Made by a program: the position numbers and the translations under genes. From Mustelus asterias (lineage: Eukaryota), in NCBI RefSeq assembly GCF_964213995.1, contig NC_135808.1, forward strand, positions 103,044,001 through 103,108,000: a DNA stretch of 64,000 nt, in the 5' to 3' direction. The number at the start of each line of letters is the position of its first letter. The first letter of the stretch is position 1. This document shows, piece by piece, positions 24,030 through 36,618 of this stretch. A model generated the notes under the pieces. The model was not told the DNA's origin. It searched no databases and worked only from the letters and a program-made list of their open reading frames with translations.

Positions 24030-25565
24030 TCTGAACAGGCTCAAGAAGCTAAATGACCTACTCCTGTGTCTATATTTGCTATCTCAAATGGAAATGCAAC
24101 TTGGGTAGTAGAAAATCAAGAGGAAAGAGGTAGGGAGGAAATTAATCACCATCACTAGAAAAACCAATGGAACTAAAAGGTAGACTTGATGACTTTCAGC
24201 CTAGGGTCTTCAATAGCTGCAGACAGTGGATGCATTGGTTCTAATCTTCCCAAGTTCCCTAGATTCTGAAAAAGTCGCAGCAGAGTGGAAAACTATAAAT
24301 GTAAAACCAATACTAAAGAAAGGAGGGAGATAAGAAAGCAGGAAACTAGAGGCTAGTTAACTGAACGTCAGTGATTTGGAAAATGCTAAAATCCATTATT
24401 GAAGAGGAAGAACATCTTGAAAAACATAAAAATGAGGCAGAGTAAACATGGGTTAAATGAAAAGAGAAAGAGCGTTTGACAAATGTATTAGAATTGAGGG
24501 GATATAACAAGCAGGCTGGATACATGGAAACCAATAGATGCAATGTACTTGGATTTCCAAAAGGCATTTGAGAACATGCCATATAAAAGATAACCACACA
24601 AGTTAAGAGCTCATGGTGTCGGGGTAGTTTGCAGGATAGAAAATTGGCTAATCAACAGGAGTCAAGATAAATGTGTCATTTTCCAGTTGTAACAAAATTA
24701 GTAGAATGTCACAGGAAACAGTGCAGGAACTTGAACTATTTACAACCTATATTAATGCCTTGGAGACAGTGTACTAGGAATGAAAAGTTGAGAAGGATAC
24801 AAAGTCTATAGCTAGGGTAAGGGAGCAAAATAATTGGCAGATGGAGTGTCAGGTGTGAAAATTTAGAAAAATAGAATATTTAAAAAGAACAGTGGTAGAG
24901 GAATCTGTGTCCTCACACATGAATCAAAAAGTTAGCATGCCTATATAGCAAATGAAATAAAAGCCTTTATTACAATGGGAATGATGTACAAGTCTCACTA
25001 CAACTGTCACATTGGCAAGACTGCACCTAGAGTACTGCAAGCCATGTTGGTCTCCTCAATTAGAGAGGAATATACTTTCATTGGAGGCAGTTAAGGCGGC
25101 TCACTAGGTTAATCCCGGCGTTGAAACAGCTGTCTTGTTTGGAAAGGTTGAGCAGGTTGGACTTATACCGATTCAAATTAAGAATGAGCCGTAACCTTAT
25201 TGAAAACTTAAGATTCCAAAGGGGTTAGGCAAAGTAGATGCTGAATGTTTCTCCTCATCGGGGAAACTAGAACTAGGGGAAAAGTTTTAAAATAAGGTGT
25301 TTCCCATTTCAAGCGGTGATGAGGAAGAATATCTTCTCTCTGGCGGTTGTTAATTTTAGGAATTCTCTATTCCAGTGAGCATCGAATGCTGGGCCATTGA
25401 ATATATTCAAGACCAAGCAAGACAAATTTTGATTGGCAAGCAAGTCCAGGATTATGGATACAGGAGTTAAGTCCACAATCAAATCAGCCAAGATCTTATT
25501 GAATGGCAGAGCAGGCACAAGGGGCAAAATGACCTACGCTGGCTCTAATTTATATTCTTATGGTT
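24030..25565 (+). mobile_element. Highly decayed CR1 LINE
   Basis: Decayed RT landmarks in order (ggatttccaaaaggcatttga, cacctagagtactg) and a CR1-type tail. Confidence 0.75.
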
Positions 25566-25998
25566 AAGTCACTAAATAGTAAGGAAATTGGAATAAAAAG
25601 CAGCTTGCTATATGAGTCAAGCTTGGTCGGAAAAGATAAATGAGCCTTTTACTAAATCAGAATTGATTCAATCCTTTACGAAGCTCAAGGAGTGGAAGGT
25701 GACGCATGTTGGTGATTAAAATAATTTTGCAAGTTCAAAGTAAATTCATCCTCCACAAAAAGGATGCAACACTTCCAACCAGCACCTGGATGGATAAATT
25801 ATTACAAAAAACAATTTCTCCATCCCCAATCACAACATTGAATAAATTGGGGTATTAATAGATTGTGATTGCTTACTATGGCAAAACCTACTTAGCCCAC
25901 TAAAAGCTACAGTTTGTAACAGTCTCATTAGATGCACTCTAAAAATGTGCGGATTAGGTTGATTGGCCAATGATAAATCACCCCTTGGTATCAGGGGG

Positions 25999-26208
25999 TA
26001 CCACCCACATTGTCTGTACCTTTAAGACCTGGCTGGCTTTAGAGATTCGCATTCTAATTAGTATTCTGTAACTTGATTTCTGTGTCTGTGCACTGTTTGA
26101 GAGCAGATATCCACTCCATCTGACGAAGGAGCAGTGCTCCGAAAGCTTATGGTATTTGCTACCAAATAAACCTGTTGGACTTTAACCTGGTGTTGTGAGA
26201 CTTCTTAC
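25999..26208 (+). mobile_element. Penelope-like terminal-repeat fragment inserted in a SINE
   Basis: 10-bp duplication tatcaggggg (25989-25998 / 26209-26218); homologous to 58272-58465; carries a hammerhead core. Confidence 0.8.
26103..26160 (+). ncRNA. Minimal type I hammerhead ribozyme motif
   Basis: CCAU-CUGACGA-A-GGAGC/AGU/GCUCC-GAAA-GC-UU-AUGG: core boxes, stem II, stem I and palindromic AGCU stem III. Confidence 0.75.
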
Positions 26209-26505
26209 TATCAGGGGGATTAGCAGGGTAAATGCGTGGAGTTATGGAGATAGGGTTTGGATGGGATTATTGTTGATGCAGGCTCAATGGGCCAAATGGT
26301 CTCCTCCTGCACTGTAGGGATTCTCTATACACCCGGTTAGTAATGTGTGTGTGTGTGTGGCGGTGGAGAAAGGGGAGTAGAATGTCAAGCTATTTCTCTC
26401 TCAAAGTCAGTTTTTTTTAAATATAAAAAAGAGGGGAATGAGGGAAAAAGGAAAAAATCTGAATTAAAGTTTCCATTACTTTTCTCCAGTAATTTTACTT
26501 TCAAA

Positions 26506-26643
26506 CATTTGAAGTTTCTACAGAATTACATTTGAAGTTTCTACAGAATTACATTTGAAGTTTCTACAGAATTCCATTTGAAGTTTCTACAGAATTCCAT
26601 TTGAAGTTTCTACAGAATTACATTTGAAGTTTCTACAGAATTA
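26506..26643. repeat. 23-bp minisatellite x6 (catttgaagtttctacagaatt[a/c])
   Basis: Six consecutive units counted directly; ~140 nt downstream of the AKR1A1 stop. Confidence 0.95.
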
Positions 26644-26785
26644 GTAAGTGTTGGGTGTCTGAAAAGCTACAAAACGTGGCATTGATTCAAAGATTCTTCA
26701 AACGTTCCTCATTAGTAATGGCTACAAGTTAAATTTTGCATAATGGCACAAATACAACAAGGCAGAAGCAGCTCATCCACAGACA

Positions 26786-26851
26786 TTAATATGGATCATT
26801 AAAAGGGTAATCGGGATGCTGTGTATCTCTGGGTACGAATTTACCATCAAT
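26786..26851 (-). CDS. AKR1A1: AKR1A1 last coding exon (IDGKFVPRDTQHPDYPFNDPY*)
   Basis: 66 nt; HP.YPFNDPY C-terminus characteristic of AKR1A1. Confidence 0.96.
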   Translation of the reverse strand: MDGKFVPRDTQHPDYPFNDPY

Positions 26852-27497
26852 CTGTGTTAACAAAAGGAGGAAAAAAGGATTAGTGCAAGAAATATTTTGA
26901 CATAACAATTGGGTAGATAGTGTACATGGTAAACTGTTTATTATTTTCTGCTGCATTTTAGTGATCAGCACAAGTTAAAAGAGACTCCTAACACACTGCC
27001 AATATTAAAATGCTTCAAACAATAGCTGAATTGTCCAAAAGTAGACCGTCATTTATAACTGACGATTGGAAAATTCGAAGCCAGCTCTGAGGAAATCCAA
27101 AGAGAAGGACACAGAAATTAGAACAAAAATATACCCAAATAGATGCTGACTCCTCACAGCTTTTTAAGTCTAAATTCAAGTAGGGAGAGAAACTGCACTC
27201 ATGTACACAATTATATCATGGGAAAGTCTAGGAGGTGAAGAGCTTAAACATTTCCTTATTTTACAGTAAAGGTGGAGCCATTTATTCTGGTCACAGATTT
27301 GCAAAGGACAGCAGCTCTAGCTATCTAGCATTTGACTGTGAATTCATGATTGCAATCTTATCAAGATTGAAATTCAATTGCCTTCATCTGTGCAGCTTGT
27401 AGGTCATATTTGGCAGACAGATACATAGGATGAGCCAGAGCAGCTGGAATGGACAGAGATTGTGTGTAGGAGACATGGGGAGACCATGCAAACTTAC

Positions 27498-27584
27498 TTT
27501 AATTTTTGGAACAATGTAACGCCAGTTTCTGTTGAGACTTCCAATTATTTTCATTTCATCTTCAGTCAGGGTGAAATCAAACAC
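27498..27584 (-). CDS. AKR1A1: AKR1A1 coding exon 7 (VFDFTLTEDEMKIIGSLNRNWRYIVPKIK)
   Basis: 87 nt, canonical splice sites, phase 0-0. Confidence 0.96.
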
Positions 27585-27639
27585 CTAGAAGAGAACAACA
27601 ATTGCAGCATTCTGAGGATTTTCCAGCGTTGCATATTTA

Positions 27640-27840
27640 ATCATAGAAATCATAGAAACCCTACAGTACAGAAAGAGGCCATTCGGCCCATCGAGTCTGC
27701 ACCGACCACAATCCCACCCAGGCCCTGCCCCCATATCCCTACATATTTTACCCACTAATCCCTCTAATCTACACATCCCAAGACACTAAGGGGCAATTTT
27801 TTAGCATGGCCAATCAACCTACCCGCACATCTTTGGACTG
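27640..27840 (-). mobile_element. HE1/V-SINE 3' half
   Basis: Reverse complement of 3835-4020. Confidence 0.85.
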
Positions 27841-29052
27841 ATATTTGGCAGCTTTACTTGTGGATGAAATGACTCAAAAGTAGTAAACTATTGTTAAATG
27901 CCGTAGCACTTGCACATTTTGAAGGGATTGGAGGGGGTGGTGAAAAATTATGACCAATTCCTTCCCAACTTGGTTGTTTCCATACTTCATTCAAAAGTGA
28001 CTTTGGCAGAGAACAAGCAAAAATTGATTGGAACTTCTTTCAGGAAGAGTTGCAACTGAGTGGATCTGGATGTTGTAGTTTTTGTCTGAAGCCTCTCGGA
28101 GAAAACCTTGTATCTTTTACAAAGACCATTGGAAGTTTTTAAAATAGAGCTGGGTAAATATTTGACAGATAGAGGAATACAGGGCTATGGGGAAATGGCA
28201 CCGAGGCTGGCATAGATCAACCATGATTGTATTGAATGGCAGGGTGGGTCTGATGGGCCTACACTTGCTTCTATTTCTTGTGTTTTGTGTATTTGACAAT
28301 TGGAGTGAGATTAGAAGGAAATATAGAGCAACTGAAAAGGGAGAGACACGGACAGCACAGAATGCAGAATCAAAAGGAAAATGTAACTGCAGCTGGCTAG
28401 ATGCTGTTAGTAATTAATTTTTATTTTTAGTGTCAAGTCTTGATATAAAATGAGTTTGTGGGAAGAATTTAAGGCAATGTTTTCCTTCCTTTATAGCAGA
28501 GGACTCAAAGATATGATGGAGTGCCATATGTAGGGAGAACCGAGGGCTGAAGTCAGAACATTGGATCCCACTTGAACAGGAGACGCAATTTTATGTTTAA
28601 GAGTGATTCAAATAAAATCTACCAGCGGAAAGATTATCCAATCAGATTTGACAGCAAGATAGCTGGGAGGATGGGAAATCAACTCAGAATTTTACAAGGA
28701 AGCACACCAAGGTGTAATAAATAGTGTTATCATTTTGCATCCAGTTCTGGTGGCCAAGACAGACATTTATTTAAATGCATTTCACATTTGTCATTAACAT
28801 TTGACATTTACACACTGGTGACAGTGCAGAGAAAAGCCATGAGACTCATCTGCAATGTTTTGGGTTGATGAAAATATGTGGAAACAGTCAAAAAAAGGAT
28901 ACCACAATGGATGGGGTTACTAGGACCTCTCCATATAGCCAAATTAATATGGGTGGAATGGTTTTTCCTATCGCAACTGCATTTTCATAAGATCACATGA
29001 ATCACAGCATATATTACGAACATGAGATGAGAATCTTTATTTCTACATGTAT

Positions 29053-29368
29053 AGAATCATAGATTCCCTACAGTGCAGAAGGAGGCCCTTTAGCCCATCG
29101 AGTCTGCACCGACCACAATCCCATTCAGGCCCTATTCCTGTAACCCCACATATTCACCCTGCTAATCCTTGACCACTAGGGTCAATTTAGCATGGCCAAT
29201 CAACCTAACACACACATCTTTGGAATGTGGGAAGAAACCTGAGCACCTGGGAGGAAACCTACGCAGACACAGGGAGAACATGCAAACTCCACACAGTGAC
29301 CCATGCCAGATATCGAACCCGGGTCCCTGGTGCTATGAGGCAGTGGTGCTAACCATTGTGCTACCCGT
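29053..29368 (-). mobile_element. HE1/V-SINE-type SINE
   Basis: Reverse complement of the SINE seen at 3686 and 17063. Confidence 0.85.
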
Positions 29369-29470
29369 GTAAAACTAACTTAAATGAACTTCCATCTCTG
29401 CTGTTGGCTTTACTAGTTTAGAGGTGCAATAAAAGGAACTACTTTTAACAAGAAGAATCATCCAGGTTAC

Positions 29471-29543
29471 CTGTAGATTTTGTGCAATTCGTCCTGCATT
29501 GACGCTCTTGGGAATGGCTACCACCCCACGCTGTACCTGCCAC
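29471..29543 (-). CDS. AKR1A1: AKR1A1 coding exon 6 ([24 protein letters not shown])
   Basis: 73 nt; IPKS NADPH-binding motif; phase 2-0. Confidence 0.96.
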
Positions 29544-29699
29544 CTGCAAAGGAGAGGCATCTGGATTAAGTTACCTAGAAATCCTAGAGAAAAAGTTCCA
29601 TTCATTAATTCCAATTCACTCGCCAATGGCAATGAGTGTTCACGGGGCTGTAGCATTTCTACAGCTCAATGAATCAGAACTGAAGAGAATCATTGTCAG

Positions 29700-30440
29700 A
29701 TTTGTGACCGTATCCTGGGCGAGGCTGGATGCATGAATAGGATATCTACACAGAGGGATTTGGGTGGGGTCCTAATATATAAATCACAAAAAGCCACCAT
29801 GCAAGTTCAGCAGGTAACTGGGAAGGCAAATGGAATGCTGATCTTTACTTCAAAAGGTAATGGAGTATAAAAATAGGGAAGACATGCTAAAACTATACAA
29901 GGCACCAGTTAGACCATACCTGGAATACTGTGAATAGCTTTGGTCCCCTTATCTAAGGAGAGATGTACTGGAATTGGAGGCAGTCCAGAAAAAGTTCACT
30001 AGGTTGATCCCAGTTATGGAGGGATTTTCTTATGCGGTTGGGTCTGTACTCACTGGAGTTTCGAAAAATGAGGCGCAACCTTTTGAGACATTTGGATTCT
30101 CAGGGGGTGACAGGGTAGATGCTGAGAGGTTGTTTCCCCTTGTGGGAGAGTTTAAGACCAGAGGGGATAATCTCAGAGTAAGGAGTCATCCATTTAAGAC
30201 AGAGGAGGAAGAATTTCTTCTCTGTGGTAAAGAATTCCACAGATTCGCTACCCTCAGAACGATAGTGTCTGGTTTAAGTATATTCAAGGCTGAGATAGAC
30301 AGATTTTTAAATCAGAAAGGCTATGGGGATAAGGCAAGAAAGTGGAGTTGAGATTTATCATATCAAATCAGTCATGATCTTATTGAACGGAAGAGTATAT
30401 TCAATGGGCCAGATGGCCACCTTCTGCTCATACGTTTTAT
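29700..30440 (+). mobile_element. CR1 LINE 3' fragment
   Basis: VRP.LEYC / EAVQKKFTRLIP motifs and CR1 tail. Confidence 0.85.
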
Positions 30441-31230
30441 GGTCAAGGAGCCCCAGCAAAAAACTGAAGTCAATGGGAATCATAGGAAACTTCTTTACTG
30501 TTTGGAGTCATATCAAGCATAAAGGAAGATGGCTGTAGTGGTTGGAGGTTAATCATCTCAGTTCCAGGACATCACTGCAAGAGTTCCTTGGGTTAGTGTC
30601 CTAGACCCAATCATCTTCATGTGCTTCATCAATGACCTTCCTTCCATCAAAGTCAGAAGTGGGAACGAGCGCTGATGACTGCAATCACAACTCAAATACC
30701 AAAGCAGTCCATGTCCAAATGTAGCAAGACCTGGACAATGTTTGACTAGCAAGTGGCAGGTAACATTTGTGCCACACAAGTGCCAGGCAATGATCATCTC
30801 CAAGAGAGAATCTAAACATTTACCCATGACATTCAATGGCATTTCCACACTGAACCCCCCACTATCAACATCCTGGGGGTTACCATTGACCAGAAACTGA
30901 ATTGGACTAGTCATATAAATTCTGTAGCTACAAGAGCAGATCAGAAGCCAGGAATCCTACAGCAAGTAACTCACTGCCCAACTCCCCAAAGCCTGTCTGC
31001 CATCTACAAGACACAAATGAGAAGTCTGATGGAATACTCTCCCCTTGCCTGGATAAGTGCAGCTCCAATACTCCAGAAGCTTGATGCCACCCAGCACAAA
31101 GAAGCCTATTGATTGGTACCTCATCCACAAGCAAACAAACATTTACTCTTCCCATCACTGACATACAATGGCAGTGTGTACCATCTACAGGATATACTGC
31201 AGGAATTCACCGAAGCTCCTTAGTCAGCAC
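30440..31230 (+). mobile_element. Old CR1/L2-group LINE fragment
   Basis: Reverse-complement similarity to 12230-12860. Confidence 0.65.
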
Positions 31231-31692
31231 ATCCATCTGCATCAATTTTGTGACACTGGTTGCCCTTGTGAAGCCCAAGTTCATTAGTTCCATTATGTTA
31301 TTATTCCATCTGGTGTTCTGCCCACATCCTCCACTTGGTCTTCTGCCCACCTACTCCACTTTTTTCCCCTCTATTATTCCTTCCCGCATTACAATTTCTT
31401 AACCCATCACTTCATAATCACATGCCCTAAGCATTCCAACTTCTGTCTGTCCACCACTGGTAACAGTGTGTGTTGTCAACTCCCACCTGTTGTAAGATCC
31501 ACTCACTTGTACATCTATAAGTCCATTTCATCCTGAGCATCCTTCAAAACACCGACGTTCAAAAGATCTGATTTTTTTCAATGGCTTAACATTCTGCACC
31601 ATAAGTGACAATAGGAAAGACCATGTTTTAAGAAGCTTAAGCTTATTAACTTTCCTGATCCAAATCCTAAATAGTGCAGTCATTTTCTGTAC

Positions 31693-31892
31693 CTGAGCAT
31701 AATTTGAGCAGGTGATTTCCCATGTTTATCAGCTAGAGTTTTGATATTTGCATCTTCAAGTAACAATGGTTCATCTGGGTCTTTCCAAAACCGATCAGGG
31801 GAACCAAGAGGACTGTATGCAGTCACCACCAATCCATGCTTCTGGCAATGTGCAATCAACTCATTCTGGGCAAGATATGGATGACATTCAAC
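31693..31892 (-). CDS. AKR1A1: AKR1A1 coding exon 5 ([34 protein letters not shown]...PAQIMLR)
   Basis: 200 nt; VECHPYL and AYSPLGS AKR motifs; phase 0-2. Confidence 0.97.
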
Positions 31893-32474
31893 CTAAGGAT
31901 GTACAGACGAATGTATTTTGAGTTATGCAACATAATCAAGACTTAATCCAAGCTGTCTTTAGATCTAGCAACAAGGCCGAAGTAGAGTAACTTGTAGGAA
32001 GCCTTTAACACCAGAAATAATTTTCAGAAAAATCTTATTCCCTTCAAGCACCGTCAAATTACCCAGATTAGTTGGTTTCTATAGTAATCATAAGCGCGTT
32101 GGAAGTGAAAGAAATAAAAAAGGTTACATGTGCAAGTACAGATGACAAATAAATGATTTGCATTTAGTCCCAGTTACTACACTTAATTCATTGTGAATGT
32201 TGAGAAATGTCAATGTTACATTGCACTATAATCAAGATGTGAAAATATTCTAGAGGACAGCTCAAAATGCCTAGTTTTTGAAAGACAAAAAGATTATATA
32301 CAAAAGGCAAAATACTAAGGATGCTGTACGTGCGAAATAAAAAAGGTTACTGAACTAAAATGCTTATCACAGATGTTACACAACATGGAGTAATTTGCAG
32401 CATTTGTGTGTTTATTACATGGGAATTATTCACTTAATTATACTACAGTAAAAATATCCCAAAAATGTTCTTAC

Positions 32475-32670
32475 TTGTAACACTGCAGGTTTGATAGTAG
32501 CCACGGAAATTACATCATCTATCTGTCGACTGTTGAAATTTGAGAGTCCAATGGCTTTCACCAAACCCTTTTTTACTAGCTGCTCCATAACTTTCCAAGT
32601 TTTCTTATAATCAACATAATCATACCGTACTGTCTCATCAGGGTTCTTTGGAAAAGGCTCATCACCTCGC
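32475..32670 (-). CDS. AKR1A1: AKR1A1 coding exon 4 ([12 protein letters not shown]...[12 protein letters not shown]...PAVLQ)
   Basis: 196 nt; IGLSNFN motif; phase 2-0. Confidence 0.97.
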
Positions 32671-32984
32671 CTGTAAACAGCAAAATATTTAAAAAGAACA
32701 AATACTGTAGAACACGCAAGATACACAAACCACTGCTTAGAAGTGTTGAGTCTTTTGACGATTAGGATTACCATGCGAACTGATCACAAGCCCCCATTTA
32801 TGTGGTTTCAGTGATGCAGAACCAACTTTATAATTAGCACCTATACAAGACCTAGGTCTAGGTTTTCAACAGGCCAATGAGCCCACAATAGGACAGCTTC
32901 ATCAATCTGTATTTTTTACTTCAAGAGCTAAAAGTGCTATAATTTCAACTCATATAAATACCCACTCCCACAACAAACTTGGAT

Positions 32985-34550
32985 AAAGAACAGAAAATGC
33001 TGGCAGTGTTCATGACGAGAGAGACAGAGAGCGAGCACGAGAGTTAACGTTTCAGCTCAATGACTGATCGTCGGAACTGGAAAAAGTTACATTTAAAACA
33101 GGTTTTTGGCAGGGAATAGAATGGAGATGGTGGAGGGGAAGGAGGCAAAAGGGAATGGTGCAAGAGTAGAGACGAGTAAAGAAACAAATATAGTTAAAAG
33201 AGATGCAAATTGCAATGACAGAATCATTACCAACAGTTGCTGTACAAAATGCTGGAAAAACTCAGCAGGTTTGGCACCATCTTTACCGAAAGAGTTAATG
33301 CCTCTTCAGAAAGCTCTCTCTCCACAGATGCTGGCAGACCTTCTGATTTTTTCTAGCATTTGTTTTTATTTCAGATTTCCAGTATACACAGCATTTTGCT
33401 TTTATTTTGTGAGCAATGGTTATGAGGTTATGATCCGAAATCACTGAACATATTGTTGAGTGCAGAAGTCTATGAAGTGCCATATTGAAATATGAGGTTC
33501 TGCTCCTGGAGCTTCATTAGAACACTGCAGGGAGCAACGGAGAGTTTGGAGTAGAATAGAGCATTTAAATGAAAAATGACTGGAAGCTCTGTCATGCTTG
33601 CAGACTCAGTGGTGGCTCATCCCACTTGAGATCGGTTTCCCCAGTGTACTGAAGACCATGTTGAGAGCAGTGAACACAGTATATTAAATTGAAAGTAAAA
33701 GTAAATTGCTGTTTCACCTGGAAGCAGTGTTTGGAACCCTGGACAATGGGAAGGAAAGTAAAAAAGGGCAGGTGTTGCATATCCAGCATTTGCACACAAA
33801 AGCACCAGGGGAGGGACAGGTTGTTGGAGGTGAATGTAGCAAGAATCAGAGTGTTACAGAGGGAACAGTTCTACATGGAAACATAGAAACTAGAAGCAGG
33901 AGTGGGCCATTCGGCCCTTCGAGCCTGCTCCGCCATTTATTTTGATCATGGCTGATCATCGAAGTCAATATCCAGATCCCCCCTCCCTTGTCCTCCCATA
34001 TCCCTTTAGCCCCAAGAGCTATTCTTGAAATCACACAATGTTTTGGCCTCAACCACATTCGGTGGTAGTGAATTCCAGACATTCACCACCCGCTGGGTGA
34101 AGAAATTTCCCTTCACCTCAGTTCTAAAAGGTTTACCCCTTATCTTCAAACTATGACCCCTAGTTCTGGACTCCCCCACCATTGGGAACATTCTTTCTGA
34201 ATCTACCCTTTCTAACCCTGTTAGAATTTTATAAGTCTCTATGAGATCCCTCTCACTCTTCTAAACTCCAGTGAATATAAATCTAATCGACTTGATCTAT
34301 TGGATTATTAAAAGGGGAGGGGAGGGTCAGTAGTGGTGTCACTCAGGAGATGGTGGAAATGGAAAAGGAGGATGGGTTGTTGAATGTGGAAGGCAAGGGC
34401 AAAAATACAGGAGATGACAAACATAATTGAGGGCCCTGGTAACTACAGTGGAGGGGAAACAGTTGAGAAAATAAACATATTGGAAGGGTCATCCATCTGA
34501 AACAAACTCTGTTTCTCTGTTGACTTGCTGAGTATTTCCAGCATTTTCTG
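32985..34550 (-). mobile_element. Decayed Penelope-like element (GIY-YIG relic plus terminal-repeat pieces) with a nested CR1 tail at ~33878-34295
   Basis: ORF 33592-33795 FQVKQQFT..NLIYCVHCSQHGLQYTGET matches the Penelope GIY-YIG N.IY..C..C...Y.GET pattern. Confidence 0.75.
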
Positions 34551-34717
34551 CTCAATGACATATTGGAAGCATTGATTTGGAAAATAACTGTCAGAACAGA
34601 CCAGATCAGACCAAGAAGAAACTGGGAGAATGGAAGAGATTTCTTATAGGAAAGGGGGCTAAGAGAAAGCATAATAATGGTAAACTGTGGGCTTAGTAGA
34701 TATTAACCATGCCTTAC

Positions 34718-34869
34718 TCAAAAGCATGAGGCCAGTGAATCAGGTACAAATCCAGGTAAGTGAGCTTCAGGTCTTCCAGTGATTTGCGACAGGAAGCTTC
34801 CACATCTTCAGGATGATGCTTAGTGTTCCACAACTTGGAGGTCACAAAAAGCTCTTCACGCTTTACTAT
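34718..34869 (-). CDS. AKR1A1: AKR1A1 coding exon 3 ([23 protein letters not shown]...[12 protein letters not shown])
   Basis: 152 nt; catalytic Lys (TSKLW) and His (IHWP); phase 0-2. Confidence 0.97.
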
Positions 34870-36498
34870 CTACAAAATAAAAAAAATGTATATATAAAAA
34901 TTACATTCTTTTACATAGCACAAATAATATGAAATTACATTCCTTTACATAACTAAGTACAATATGCTTACATGGATCAGTAGTAGCATTGTGTACCATC
35001 TGCAAGATACACTGCAGGAACTTACCAAGGCCCCATAGACAGCACTTTCCAAACACGCAACCACTCCCATCTAGAAGGACAAGGGCAGCAGATACATGGG
35101 AACACCACCACCTACAAGTTCCCTTCCAAGCGACTCACCACTTGGAAATATACTGCCGTTCCTTCACTGTCACAGAATCAAAATCCTGGAACTCCCAAAG
35201 ACAGCGCACCACCACCTTCTGAAGGGCAATTAGGGATGGGCAATAAATGCTAGCCTAGCCGGTGACACCCAGATCCCATTAATGAATAAAAAGCTAGTTG
35301 ATTTTCTCTAAATTTGATCAGCAGCCATTTAAAAATTCATTAGTAAAGTAATATAACCAGGAAACCCAAATACAAACTCAATCCACACAGGCATTTGAAC
35401 TGCAACTCCCTCGAAACAATCCTCACCAATTTACTTGTGTAATGTTTTATGAGTATCCCGATTGGGCTGCCAGTATATTTGTTGCTCCAGCATAAAAACA
35501 ATTTGAACCATCACAAGTTGGCCTGCAGGACCTAACAAATTTTAAAATAAGCTTCATGCTGAAGTGAACTGAAATTTCTAACTTTGTTTTATTTATAAAC
35601 TTACAAAAATGCAAGCACGTATAATGATTATGTTTGTAAAGCTTAATACATGTCACAAAGAAATTGGCATGTCAGTCAGGCATAATTCAAAAAAAGGTTC
35701 TTAATAAATTACAGAAAGCATCTGGGCACTGACTGATTTAAAAATAAATTGCTGCCAAATACTTTTAGAGAAGCTGTGGCGTATATAGGGACAATATACT
35801 TGAAACATACAGGAGGAAAACAAAATGGCTGCGCATCAGTCAGATCTCGACTGAGACTTTGCTGTGCTGAACGATTCTGACTCACTTTTTGTTCTGTGTT
35901 TGAAGCTGTTCAACCCTTCAATTGAATAAAATTAATGAAGCTTACAAGGAAGTCTGAAGATTATAAGGAAGCATAAGTTTGTAGGCAATATGTAGATCGT
36001 TAAAATTTGGATCTGCAGTTCACAATAGAAATACAATTCCATAAATGATCATGACTATAAATCTGATCAGTGTAACTCAACTGTTAATCAGTAATGCACT
36101 GCAAGTTTCTAACTTATACCATCAGCACTAGCCAGAAGGTGGCTGAAAAACCAGGGCTAAAGATAGCTTGTGTTCCCCAAAAGTAGGAACCAGCACACCA
36201 GAGATAACAGGCAAGTGTTTTGATGCAGAAGTTAAACTCAGACGGAATTAAAAAATGCTACATATTTTTAATGTTAAGGTTTTTGAAAGATATATGTTTA
36301 AACTGGATGAAAATGACTGTTGTTACTTTATTATATAACCTGAACAAGCCCTGGCCAGTTCACTTGCTGCGAAAGAGAGGGAGCTAAACCCCAATAGCTT
36401 GTCCCAGCACCCCACTAGAGGTCGCAACCCACAATTTAGGAACCCCCCGCCATAAACAAATGCAGACTTAAAAGGTTATTTAAATTCTTATATCATAC

Positions 36499-36618
36499 CT
36501 TATCACCACCAACGTACTCCTGAAAGGCCTCTCCAATGCTAGCTTCATTGTTGTACACTGCAGCACAGTCTATGTGACGATACCCAATTTTCAAAGCATT
36601 CCAGATAGCTGCTTTTAC
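36499..36618 (-). CDS. AKR1A1: AKR1A1 coding exon 2 ([40 protein letters not shown])
   Basis: 120 nt; GYRHIDCA..Y with catalytic Asp and Tyr. Confidence 0.97.

Noticed and set aside
26506-26643. 23-bp repeat array as a CRISPR
   Set aside because: Units are contiguous with no unique spacers, no cas genes, eukaryotic context
36408-36448. CTCF-like motif ccactagaggtcgc
   Set aside because: Imperfect match lying in what looks like a decayed hAT-type terminus
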